The translations under genes were made by a program, and so were the position numbers. The notes beneath the pieces are model-generated. The model was not told the DNA's origin and searched no databases. It saw only the letters and a list, made by a program, of their open reading frames with translations. This document shows, piece by piece, positions 41,275 through 50,481 of a stretch of 64,000 nucleotides of DNA (its first letter is position 1; each line of letters opens with the position of its first letter). Location: positions 124,001-188,000 of the IMG/VR virus record IMGVR_UViG_3300033146_002768, one strand, 5' to 3'.

Positions 41275-42174
41275 TCATAATACTTCTCCCTCAATCCAAT
41301 CTGAGAAATATTTATATTTAGTTCTATCTAAAATATGTTCAAAATTATTATCAAATACTTTTAAAAAGAATTTTTTAAAAACCTTACTACTAAAAATTGT
41401 ATTTATATTATCTAATTTATAATCTAATATTAATTTATTGTGATGTCTTGTAACTTCACATATATCATCAATACCATCTTTATGATTTCTGCCAAAAACT
41501 TCAGGACAAATAATTTGACAATCGGACTGGATAGCTTCTATTAAAGTATGAGGAAATGGGTCTTGGAATTGTTTTGATTTAGGATAAATATAATGAGTTA
41601 CTTTTTTAAAAAACTCAATATTATTAAAGGTATGAGTATATTGTTTAATATGCTTATTAGAAATGTTTAAAGAACCGATATTATTTCCCATAGTATAAAT
41701 ATTAACATCTTGTTTTATATCTTTTAAAATATCAGTTATACATTTAAAACTATCTGGCGTTAACCAGTTTCTTATATAGAATCCAACACAAGGAATGTTA
41801 GATGAATTTTTTTTATTTATTTTAAAATCTGTTATGAAAGGAATGTAATGTTTTATTTTTCTTGCTGACGTATAGTAAAAACCATTATTACATGTATCAT
41901 ATAAAATAGAATGATCTCTAGAATACATTAAATAATTTAAGTTTCTTAAACTAATTATATTCAATGGAAATGAATAATTAGAAGCATCTTGTGTATTAAA
42001 TATAATTCTTTGATATTGCTCATTCAATTCTCTTAAATGAGCAATATCTCGAATTTGTTTACAATGAATAGTATCTATATAATCACTATGTTCTTCAGCT
42101 AATCTTTGAGATGCAGTAAATGCTCCTCTTTTTAAATTGTCGTACTTCACGGATATAACTAAATATTTTTTCAT
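41275..42174 (-). CDS. GT4-like glycosyltransferase
   Basis: YIYPKS..QDPFPHTLIEAIQSDCQII; N-terminal RGAFTASQRLAE. Confidence 0.6.
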   Translation of the reverse strand: MKKYLVISVKYDNLKRGAFTASQRLAEEHSDYIDTIHCKQIRDIAHLRELNEQYQRIIFNTQDASNYSFPLNIISLRNLNYLMYSRDHSILYDTCNNGFYYTSARKIKHYIPFITDFKINKKNSSNIPCVGFYIRNWLTPDSFKCITDILKDIKQDVNIYTMGNNIGSLNISNKHIKQYTHTFNNIEFFKKVTHYIYPKSKQFQDPFPHTLIEAIQSDCQIICPEVFGRNHKDGIDDICEVTRHHNKLILDYKLDNINTIFSSKVFKKFFLKVFDNNFEHILDRTKYKYFSDWIEGEVL

Positions 42175-42198
42175 TTATATTCTGGTGAAACCTTCTTT

Positions 42199-42792
42199 TT
42201 AATTAAATGCTGAATAGAATGTAGCTAACCTTGCTTCAATATCTTCAACAGTTGTTAGTAATATAACTTCATCTGAGAAAATTTTGTAAATATCATAAGT
42301 TGATTTTCTCTCATCTAATTTATCTCTAAGATCTAAATAAATATCTAAAGCATCAATTATTGCTTGATCCCCTGCATTTATTATTTCAAGATATTTAGCT
42401 TCTCTATTTTCATCAGTAATTACATAACCAAGATCAATCAATCTATTATTTATAATAGTAAATCCATAAAAATCAAACATTGAAAGACTACCAACTCTGT
42501 TTGATGTAAATTGTCTAGCTTGATTTCTTGCACCAAGAGCTGCTGCAACAATTGCATCTTCTGCTGCCTGAATTATTAGATCACCTTCGACTAATGGATT
42601 GATTAAATTTTTAGCAAAGAATACTGATTGATTAGCTTCTAAAGAAGTTTCAATTGCGTTATAGCATTCAATTGATGAAATTTCATATAGTCTAACTCCG
42701 CCAAATTCAAAGATAGTTTCTTCATCCCCTTGAAATACAGATACTATTTGGTAATTAACACCAACATCATTAATACCAGCTATAAGTTTCAT
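42199..42792 (-). CDS. acidic hypothetical protein, first gene after an internal motif B
   Basis: GGAGG RBS; composition like the structural genes. Confidence 0.6.
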   Translation of the reverse strand: MKLIAGINDVGVNYQIVSVFQGDEETIFEFGGVRLYEISSIECYNAIETSLEANQSVFFAKNLINPLVEGDLIIQAAEDAIVAAALGARNQARQFTSNRVGSLSMFDFYGFTIINNRLIDLGYVITDENREAKYLEIINAGDQAIIDALDIYLDLRDKLDERKSTYDIYKIFSDEVILLTTVEDIEARLATFYSAFN

Positions 42793-42878
42793 AACTACGC
42801 CTCCGTTTATTATTTTTAGAATTAATTTGATTATTTAAATGAATTTTTTTACATTAGTTAATAACTAACACTTTCTTA

Positions 42879-42893
42879 TTTATAAATATGTTC
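42879..42893 (-). promoter_or_regulatory. motif B variant (internal promoter candidate)
   Basis: GAACATATTTATAAATA in the main intergenic gap of the cluster. Confidence 0.65.
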
Positions 42894-42919
42894 TATATTT
42901 TTTAATAATCTAACCTTAA

Positions 42920-44032
42920 TTATTTTCTATCAAAAACTCCATTTATTTTTCCCCAAATAGGAGACAAACCTTCATGATATGATTCTTTTGGATTTGACAT
43001 TCTCCATTTATAAAGAGGACCGCTTACACAATGAGTCTCTGTTGAATTATTTAAATATTTTGTATTAACAACCATACTTCCATATTTAATCGCTTCTTCA
43101 ACAATTGTAGTTCTCCACATAGGTAATATGGCTGTTACTATATTACCTGTATCAGGATTATCTGTTTTATCAAATCTTAAAATTGATAAACACTGTTGAT
43201 GAAATCTAGCATTATCTAAATAATAACTTTTATCTAAATCTCTTGATTTACAAATAAATTTTATTAATTGAGATAACATTGGAAAATATGTTCCATGCAA
43301 CTGATCTGAAATTCCTCTATACCTAATTTCTTGAGGTTTATATTCTCTACATACTTTATCAAGTTTTAACATTGGCTCTGTAGTATCACAACTTAATAAT
43401 ACTCCATAAGAATATTCTTGATTAGGTTTTAAAGTTATAATATTTTCAGTTATATCTCTAATGTATTTAGGATCAGTTTCACTATCTACACTTAACGCCC
43501 AATTAACTTGATTACTATCTGGAAATTTATTTATATAAGTATGATCTAATAATTTAATACCATTAGTATAAATATGTATTTTATTATTTGTATTTTCACA
43601 AATCCAATGAACTAATTTATCAAGATCTTTAAACATAGTTGGTTCTCCACCAACCATTCTAATCACTGGATGATATCCATCATAATGATATTCTTTATAT
43701 GGTCTTGAACCATAACCTCTTAGATCATTAGGAACAAATTCTTTTATATTACTTATAAAATCTTCAAGGGTATTGTTACCAGGATGTTTAACAATCAAAT
43801 CTTTTTCATAACAATATTTACAATTTTTATTACAATCATTTGTCATATGAAAAAATGATGTGAAGTAACCTCCTGCTGTTTCTTCGGGATGAAATTGTTT
43901 TTCCCAAATACTAAAATCTTCTTCTAATAATACTTTATCATCTTCTGATACTAACCATACTCCATTCATATCATAAACAATTTTCTTTTCTATTATATCT
44001 CTAAATTTATTTAAACCATGTATATTAGTCAT
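42920..44032 (-). CDS. radical SAM protein
   Basis: CNKNCKYC, VGGEPT, YTNG. Confidence 0.9.
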   Translation of the reverse strand: MTNIHGLNKFRDIIEKKIVYDMNGVWLVSEDDKVLLEEDFSIWEKQFHPEETAGGYFTSFFHMTNDCNKNCKYCYEKDLIVKHPGNNTLEDFISNIKEFVPNDLRGYGSRPYKEYHYDGYHPVIRMVGGEPTMFKDLDKLVHWICENTNNKIHIYTNGIKLLDHTYINKFPDSNQVNWALSVDSETDPKYIRDITENIITLKPNQEYSYGVLLSCDTTEPMLKLDKVCREYKPQEIRYRGISDQLHGTYFPMLSQLIKFICKSRDLDKSYYLDNARFHQQCLSILRFDKTDNPDTGNIVTAILPMWRTTIVEEAIKYGSMVVNTKYLNNSTETHCVSGPLYKWRMSNPKESYHEGLSPIWGKINGVFDRK

Positions 44033-45062
44033 TACTAATTTCTCCTGTATGAAAATTCTGATTATAATAATATGTTATTGGACATATATCATAAATACTA
44101 TTTTTAATATTATCTATTAAATATCGTTGAATTAAAAACAACTTAGACTGGTATATATCGTCTATGCTGGTGTATAATTCTGGATCTATATTAAGGTCAT
44201 CATTAAATTTATATGGCGCAAAAAACGGACATTGGACTATTGTATTGTTATAAGTATAGATAGCCTTTAATGGAAATCTATGACAACCATTAACATGATA
44301 AGATACATCAACATTATCTAATTTTATAATATCTTGAAATTCAGAGTATGTTTTTTGTATTGTATTAAAATTATTACAAGGGTTTTCTAATTCTTCATAA
44401 TCCTTTAATAATTGCAAGACATAAGTTAAATTTAATGGTTTATACTTTTCCATTATATATAATAATTCATCTCTATTTTTTATTACAGTATTAGCTATAA
44501 CTTTAATTCCTATGTCTTGTAATCGTTTTATATTTTTATAATGCTCTTCAAAGAAACCTTTATCAAAATGATAGTAATCTATTGAAGTATAAAAAGTAAA
44601 TTCCTTACCAACAGCATCACATATATCTTTACATAAAATAAAAAACATTAAATTATTTCCAATGTTTTTTAAGTTAGAATTAATTCTAAAACTTAATTTC
44701 ATTTTATGTCTTGTATAAATATTTAAACAACGATCTAAAAATTTTAATAAATCATTTGCTGGCAATAAGGTTAACTCACCACAATTGAAATGAAGTTTTA
44801 AAGAATCATGACCGTCATTTTTAAATTCAATTAAATACTTTTCTAAAAAAATATAAAATTTTTCATAATCAAATTCTTCATCTTGATTTAAATATTCTTT
44901 GAAGCAACAATGTTCGCAATTCATATTACATTTACTAGTTAAATTCACCCCAAGGTTAGGAGTGAATTTAACTATATTATTTTCTTGTAATATAATTTTA
45001 TTACACCAACTTTGAAAATCATTGCTATTCTCTATATGTCTAAACAATTCTTTTATATGCAT
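44025..45062 (-). CDS. radical SAM protein
   Basis: CNMNCEHC, NCGE, TSID.YH. Confidence 0.85.
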   Translation of the reverse strand: MHIKELFRHIENSNDFQSWCNKIILQENNIVKFTPNLGVNLTSKCNMNCEHCCFKEYLNQDEEFDYEKFYIFLEKYLIEFKNDGHDSLKLHFNCGELTLLPANDLLKFLDRCLNIYTRHKMKLSFRINSNLKNIGNNLMFFILCKDICDAVGKEFTFYTSIDYYHFDKGFFEEHYKNIKRLQDIGIKVIANTVIKNRDELLYIMEKYKPLNLTYVLQLLKDYEELENPCNNFNTIQKTYSEFQDIIKLDNVDVSYHVNGCHRFPLKAIYTYNNTIVQCPFFAPYKFNDDLNIDPELYTSIDDIYQSKLFLIQRYLIDNIKNSIYDICPITYYYNQNFHTGEISND

Positions 45063-45069
45063 ATGTTTC

Positions 45070-45630
45070 CTATAGATATTCTATATCATATTTTAATCTA
45101 ATATCACTTTTAGCTGAATAGTTACAGTTACATGTGCAAGCATAATTACAATTACATGTACAAGCATAATTACATTGACATGTACATGCATAATTACATT
45201 GACATGTACATGCATAATTACAATTACATGTACAAGAATAATTACAATCACAAACACATATTGCTTCTATAACATTAACTCTATCTCTCATTGCATTATA
45301 TTGTTGAGCTTCAATTTCATCATCTGTACCAGTATCAGTATCAGCTAAATATGACGGCCATGTCCATGCAGTAGCAGCATTGATGCCATCACGAAGTCTT
45401 CTAACATGTAAACTACTAGCATTAGTTGCAGTAGTAACAGCACCTGGATCTGCTGGCCAGCTAGCACTTCTTCTTGTTAATTCTGCAGCAATAGCTGTTC
45501 TTAATTCATTATGATAAATAGCTTTAATTGAGTTAGTTGTTAATGGATCGTCGCTCCAAGTAGTAGGAGTTATACCTGGTATATACCCTCCATGTGCTGG
45601 GCAACTATTTGTGTGTCCTCCGCAAGCCAT
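45070..45630 (-). CDS. Cys-repeat protein 2, putative radical SAM substrate
   Basis: six C-x-C-x-C-N-Y-x repeats, then SDIRLKYDIEYL. Confidence 0.85.
   Translation of the reverse strand: MACGGHTNSCPAHGGYIPGITPTTWSDDPLTTNSIKAIYHNELRTAIAAELTRRSASWPADPGAVTTATNASSLHVRRLRDGINAATAWTWPSYLADTDTGTDDEIEAQQYNAMRDRVNVIEAICVCDCNYSCTCNCNYACTCQCNYACTCQCNYACTCNCNYACTCNCNYSAKSDIRLKYDIEYL
45115..45258 (-). repeat. 24-bp coding repeat x6 (CxCxCNYx)
   Basis: read directly. Confidence 0.9.
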
Positions 45631-45642
45631 AGTATTATCTCC

Positions 45643-46218
45643 TTATTTAGTGCCTGAATAGTTACAATCACATGTACATGAATAATTACAATTACATGTG
45701 CAATAGTTACAATTACAAGTACAATAGTTACAATTACAAGTACAAGCATAATTACAATCACAAGTACAATTATAATTACATTGACATGTACAAGCATAAT
45801 TACAATCACAAACACATTCAGTTTCCATTGTATTGACTTGCGATCTAATAGCATTATATTGATCTACTTGAATTAGATCTCCAACTTCTGTATCTGGATC
45901 GTCTAAATAAGATGGCCATGTCCATGCTTTAGCAGCATTTACTCCATTTCTTAATTGTCTTACATGATTACTTTCAATTATATTTGTAGTAGCTACTGTT
46001 CCTGGGTCAGTTGGCCAACTTTGACTACGTCTAATTAATTCATCATCAATAGCATTTCTAAGTTCGTTATGATGTGTTGTTATAAACTTAGTAGATGTGG
46101 TTAACGGTTGTGTAGTCCACACAGTAGGAGATTCTGGGTATATTCCCTGAACATTAGATAGACAAGTGTTACTATGGTCTTCGCATGAAGATGGTGTTGT
46201 ATGTCCTGTACATGCCAT
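45643..46218 (-). CDS. Cys-repeat protein 1, putative radical SAM substrate
   Basis: seven CxCxCNY(x) repeats; N-terminal ~130 aa paralogous to the 45070 protein (HNELR.AI..EL.RR, AWTWPSYL). Confidence 0.85.
   Translation of the reverse strand: MACTGHTTPSSCEDHSNTCLSNVQGIYPESPTVWTTQPLTTSTKFITTHHNELRNAIDDELIRRSQSWPTDPGTVATTNIIESNHVRQLRNGVNAAKAWTWPSYLDDPDTEVGDLIQVDQYNAIRSQVNTMETECVCDCNYACTCQCNYNCTCDCNYACTCNCNYCTCNCNYCTCNCNYSCTCDCNYSGTK
45655..45816 (-). repeat. 21/24-bp coding repeat x7
   Basis: read directly. Confidence 0.9.
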
Positions 46219-46221
46219 AAT

Positions 46222-47370
46222 TTATCCTCCGTTTTGTTGCAATAATTTTCTTATCGCAAAAACTATTTTTCCATTTATTTTATAAAAATTGCATAATCTT
46301 GGTTGTGTAGTATAATCTCTCCATTTCTCAAAATAGTCTTTCTTTTCACTTCGGTCAAATTTAACCGGATTACATCTTAAACAAAATGTCGCTAAGCAAT
46401 TTTTACATTCCTCAGGTTCCCAACCAAAATTATTATTATGTAACTTATTAGTTATATCTAAATTTGTTATAAAGGATTCATTTTTAATATCAATAATTAA
46501 ATGTTCACCTTTTTTATCATCGTACATACTTCCATGACATTTGAAAATATTACCATCCCAATTAACACAAACCATATCTCGACCTGCGCAACATAAAGCT
46601 TTATTAGGATTAAACCAACTAAAGAAGAATTTATTATTTGTTTTGAAAAATTCTATTTCTTCCTTAGCAATTTTAATTAAAGACTCATTCAGTTCTTTAT
46701 TGAATACTTCTATTTCTTTATTATTATATTTTTCTAAGTTATAATAATCTATTGTTGGAAAATAATTATCACTTCTAAAGAAATTATTTTCAGGCATTTC
46801 TTTATAAAGATTTAATACATCTTCTCTTGCTTCAGGAAGATATTTAAATGCTTCAGGTGATATAGTAGATTTTATAACTGATGGTATTTTTCTTTTCCAT
46901 AAGTCTTTAATAACATTTCTTATTTTAGTACCAGTTAATTTATTCTTTTTAGTTTTTCTAAAGATATCATGAACTGGCATACCATCATATGATACTTGAA
47001 CACAAAACTTTGGATGACCAAACAAAGATTTATTTTTAGATTCTTCAAATATATCCATATAACGATCTAATAAATATCCATTGCTATAAATAAAAAACTT
47101 TACTCTATCATCTGTTTTAAAAGCAGTGTATATTTTTCTAATTGCTTTTTCATTAAGAGTAGGTTCCCCACCCCAAAATCCAATATTAAGTAAATCATAA
47201 TTCTTTTTAAAGAAATCAGAATTTAAAAGTTGATTCATTTTTATAATAAACAATTCATGATCTTTAAATTCTTTATGTTCAAAAAATTCATGTTCAAAAC
47301 AATAGGTACAATTGAAATTACAATTTGCTGTAACCGTTAAGTCGATATTATATATTCTTATATTTTGCAT
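46222..47370 (-). CDS. radical SAM/SPASM peptide-maturase-like protein
   Basis: CNFNCTYC, FWGGEPTLN, VSYDG, CCAG...DGNIFKC...CKNC...CLRC...C. Confidence 0.9.
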   Translation of the reverse strand: MQNIRIYNIDLTVTANCNFNCTYCFEHEFFEHKEFKDHELFIIKMNQLLNSDFFKKNYDLLNIGFWGGEPTLNEKAIRKIYTAFKTDDRVKFFIYSNGYLLDRYMDIFEESKNKSLFGHPKFCVQVSYDGMPVHDIFRKTKKNKLTGTKIRNVIKDLWKRKIPSVIKSTISPEAFKYLPEAREDVLNLYKEMPENNFFRSDNYFPTIDYYNLEKYNNKEIEVFNKELNESLIKIAKEEIEFFKTNNKFFFSWFNPNKALCCAGRDMVCVNWDGNIFKCHGSMYDDKKGEHLIIDIKNESFITNLDITNKLHNNNFGWEPEECKNCLATFCLRCNPVKFDRSEKKDYFEKWRDYTTQPRLCNFYKINGKIVFAIRKLLQQNGG

Positions 47371-47380
47371 TATTCACCTT

Positions 47381-48376
47381 TTAGAATTGTCTAAATTCAT
47401 GCTTTGTTTCTTTTTCATCATATGTAATTCCTGTTGTAGGAGATAAATATGAATTACCTATAAAATTATCTTTTTCACATATTCTGCATATATCACATAC
47501 ATGTCCACAAATAGGAATTTTATATCTTTCAAAAATAGATTTTAAATATGGAAGATTTTTTTCTTTAATTGTTTTGCCTACATGTGATTGTTTTAAAGTA
47601 TCATCAAGTTCTTGATAAGCATATCCAATAGTAATCCTACTTAAATAATCACTATTAAATTTTTCTAATATATAAATAGTATCGTCAATTACTTTATCAT
47701 AATTACCAGAATGAACTGTATAACTAATTTTAAAAGGAATTTTATATTTAGATAATGTTTTAATAGATTCTTCAACTATATCTTTACTATTAGTTCCATC
47801 TGGAAATTTTCTTTTGAATTGTCCAGAACCATCATAACTTATTTCCAAATTAAAACTTATATTATAGTGTTTACCATATTCTATTAAACTTTTTAAAGCA
47901 TTTAATTTGATAGAATTAAATAAGGTAGCATTAGTTATTAAACTTAATCCAAATCCTTTTGCTTTACCTTGAGAAACTAATTCTATTGTTTTAGCTATTG
48001 TATATTGTATTAAATCAAATTTTAAAAAGGGTTCTCCGCCCATAATAACAATAGTTGATATACAGTCTTTTTCTCTTACGCAAATTTCATTTAAAAAATC
48101 ATCAATCATTTTAGGAGTACAATTAGCTTGATCTTCAAGACCATTCTTACTACTAGATTCATAGCAATATGTACATCTTAAATTACAATCAGTATTTAAA
48201 TAAATAACATTAGTTCTTTGACTATTATTCATTTTAATTTTATTTGTTGGCAGATTGATACAAGTGTCAAATTCACAAGAGTTACATTCACCATTACATT
48301 TTTGAGATTCATTCTTTGATAATATATCACTCATATCATTAAAGAATGAATCTATATGTTTATCTATTTGATACAT
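47381..48376 (-). CDS. radical SAM protein with extra N- and C-terminal Cys clusters
   Basis: CNLRCTYC, MGGEPF, ISYDG; CNGECNSCEFDTC; CGHVCDICRIC. Confidence 0.9.
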   Translation of the reverse strand: MYQIDKHIDSFFNDMSDILSKNESQKCNGECNSCEFDTCINLPTNKIKMNNSQRTNVIYLNTDCNLRCTYCYESSSKNGLEDQANCTPKMIDDFLNEICVREKDCISTIVIMGGEPFLKFDLIQYTIAKTIELVSQGKAKGFGLSLITNATLFNSIKLNALKSLIEYGKHYNISFNLEISYDGSGQFKRKFPDGTNSKDIVEESIKTLSKYKIPFKISYTVHSGNYDKVIDDTIYILEKFNSDYLSRITIGYAYQELDDTLKQSHVGKTIKEKNLPYLKSIFERYKIPICGHVCDICRICEKDNFIGNSYLSPTTGITYDEKETKHEFRQF

Positions 48377-48804
48377 TAGTTTCCAATACTTTGTCTAATT
48401 TTATCTACTAAAGATGTAATTTCATCATCAATGTTTTCTTGTACTATTGGCGGTGTAGTTCCATCTGGAATATTTGAATGTCCATGACAATTAAATGCCG
48501 GGTCTTCATTGTTTTCTATATTAGTAACTGGACGTTTAAATAATTCTGAGGCTTCTTGAACAGGGTGATTAGAAACTGGGTGTTTAAATAGTTCTGAGGA
48601 TTCTTGAATAGGTTGACTAAAAATTTCTGGTTCATTACATTTACAATTGTCATCTTCTAATAATTTCAATACTTTATCACTTAATTGCAAAGCTTCAAAA
48701 CTAACTTCATCATTAATTTCTTTCATTGCATGTGTGATTTTTAAAAGACCTTTAGCACAATTAAAAATAATTTCATTTTGTTCTGGTGTATTATTACAAC
48801 TCAT
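48376..48804 (-). CDS. accessory protein of the maturase operon
   Basis: between two rSAM genes; internal QE(S/A)SELFK(H/R)PV repeat. Confidence 0.6.
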   Translation of the reverse strand: MSCNNTPEQNEIIFNCAKGLLKITHAMKEINDEVSFEALQLSDKVLKLLEDDNCKCNEPEIFSQPIQESSELFKHPVSNHPVQEASELFKRPVTNIENNEDPAFNCHGHSNIPDGTTPPIVQENIDDEITSLVDKIRQSIGN

Positions 48805-48819
48805 TTTCGTTTCTCCTTC

Positions 48820-49935
48820 TTAACCTACATTTTTTATTGAATTAATTAATGTTTCTTTAAACATTTTATTTTCTTTTAGTTCTTTGGTAATTCTCATTGT
48901 ATTTTTATAAGTAATTTTTAATATCTTACATAAATTATCAATCGGTTCTGCATACTCTTCTGGTGATGATGAATTTTTTAATTGACTATTCATACACCCA
49001 CCATTACAGTATTTATATAATTCACATTCTAAACATTTTTTAAATGTCTTAGGATTTATTAGATTTGGATTTCTAAGTAATTGAATTTCTTTAGTAAATT
49101 CTTGATTAAATGAATTTCCTATTTTCTTTTCTTTACAGCTACCAAATCTTGCACATGGATATATATCTCCATTAGGCATAAACCCAGCTCCACCAGTTCC
49201 AGCAAAACAACCAAAAGGTCTTTTACCAAAACTCTTACCAAATAAAAGGTCTAAAGTATATAGTTGAAAGAATCCAACATTAGCATTAATGCCTTCGTTA
49301 TAATATTTGATTACTTGGTTAGCTAATAAATGACATTCAATTTCATAATTAGCAACATCATAATCTGTCCATATATCATCTCGAACTAATGTAAAATCAG
49401 GGTTGTTGACATTTAATTCTTCAACAAACCATTTAAAATTATCAACCATTGTAGGAACACAATCAGGTGATACCATTACTTTACACCCACCACCACGTCC
49501 AAAGAAATATGATTTTAATGGTTCAGTTAAATATAAATCTAAACTAGAACCACCATGTTTCAATTTACGATTTTTTTCATTCCACAATCCATCAAATGAT
49601 AAAGACAATGCAATCTGATTATCATCAATGTATTGTCTTTTATAATCATCTTGTAATACTAAACCATTTGTCATTGCTATAATAAATTTACAATGAGAAT
49701 CATTTTTTAAAATTGGAATTATATATTCAATAAGCTCCCAATTTAATAATGGTTCACCACCAAACAATGCAGCAGTATATTCATGTTGTCCATAAAAGTC
49801 CATTATCTTTGGGAGCATCTTAAAATGTTTATCAAATATTTCGTTTGTCATATTATTCGGTTGTTGATTAATATAACAATATTCACAAGCTAAATTACAA
49901 TCTTCAGTCGTTACTATCTGAAATTCAAATCCCAT
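48820..49935 (-). CDS. radical SAM/SPASM peptide-maturase-like protein
   Basis: CNLACEYC, FGGEPLLN, LSFDG, CFAG...GDIYPC...CLEC...CNGGC...C. Confidence 0.92.
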   Translation of the reverse strand: MGFEFQIVTTEDCNLACEYCYINQQPNNMTNEIFDKHFKMLPKIMDFYGQHEYTAALFGGEPLLNWELIEYIIPILKNDSHCKFIIAMTNGLVLQDDYKRQYIDDNQIALSLSFDGLWNEKNRKLKHGGSSLDLYLTEPLKSYFFGRGGGCKVMVSPDCVPTMVDNFKWFVEELNVNNPDFTLVRDDIWTDYDVANYEIECHLLANQVIKYYNEGINANVGFFQLYTLDLLFGKSFGKRPFGCFAGTGGAGFMPNGDIYPCARFGSCKEKKIGNSFNQEFTKEIQLLRNPNLINPKTFKKCLECELYKYCNGGCMNSQLKNSSSPEEYAEPIDNLCKILKITYKNTMRITKELKENKMFKETLINSIKNVG

Positions 49936-49945
49936 TATATTTCCT

Positions 49946-50470
49946 TTATTTCACGAATCCTAATACTAATTTTTCATCTGGATTATCATTAGTTTCTAAT
50001 GCAATAGCCACTTTAAATATATGTTCTAATACATTAGTTGCTGATCTTAAACAACCATTACCTGCAGAAATAAGAATATCTTTTTTATAAACTGGTCCGA
50101 TTGTTCTAACTGGAACTCTACCAACTAAACCAACAACTGCTCCATCTTCCATTTTTGTATTCATTTCGAAACCAGGTGCTTTAGAAATAATACCAACTAC
50201 AAATTCAGATGCATCTTTATCACAAATCTCTGCATCAAATTCACTATCAGATATTTCCATTACTGTCCCAATAGGAAGAGAAATATCTGGATTAACAGAA
50301 TATCTCTCAGCAAGGTCACCGTAATATGCTCCAGTTGTATCACCTTGAAATGTAGCACAAAAAATATTATTAAATCTATCAGTTAGACCGCTACCTATAT
50401 TGTATGCTCCATTGCCAACATCAGTAGTAGTTTCATCTTTACCAATTTTTTGTCTTATTTTATAATTCAT
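49946..50470 (-). CDS. fibre-associated intramolecular-chaperone-like (peptidase G2-like) domain protein
   Basis: YGDLAERY, GTVMEI, VVGIISKAPG, GLVGRVPVR. Confidence 0.65.
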   Translation of the reverse strand: MNYKIRQKIGKDETTTDVGNGAYNIGSGLTDRFNNIFCATFQGDTTGAYYGDLAERYSVNPDISLPIGTVMEISDSEFDAEICDKDASEFVVGIISKAPGFEMNTKMEDGAVVGLVGRVPVRTIGPVYKKDILISAGNGCLRSATNVLEHIFKVAIALETNDNPDEKLVLGFVK

Positions 50471-50481
50471 AATATATCTCC

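Noticed and set aside
45115-45816. Diversity-generating retroelement TR/VR pair
   Set aside because: No reverse transcriptase in the window; both repeat tracts lie within coding paralogs.
45570-45854. 94-aa VIVT-repeat ORF
   Set aside because: Alternative frame of the Cys-repeat codons.
45070-46218. Simple metallothioneins
   Set aside because: Large fibre-like N-terminal domain, invariant Asn-Tyr and maturase context argue against it; metal binding is not excluded.
27694-49935. 7-deazaguanine (QueE) or anaerobic RNR activase roles for the rSAMs
   Set aside because: No folE, queC, queD, dpdA or nrdD in the window, and the C-terminal Cys patterns are twitch/SPASM-like.
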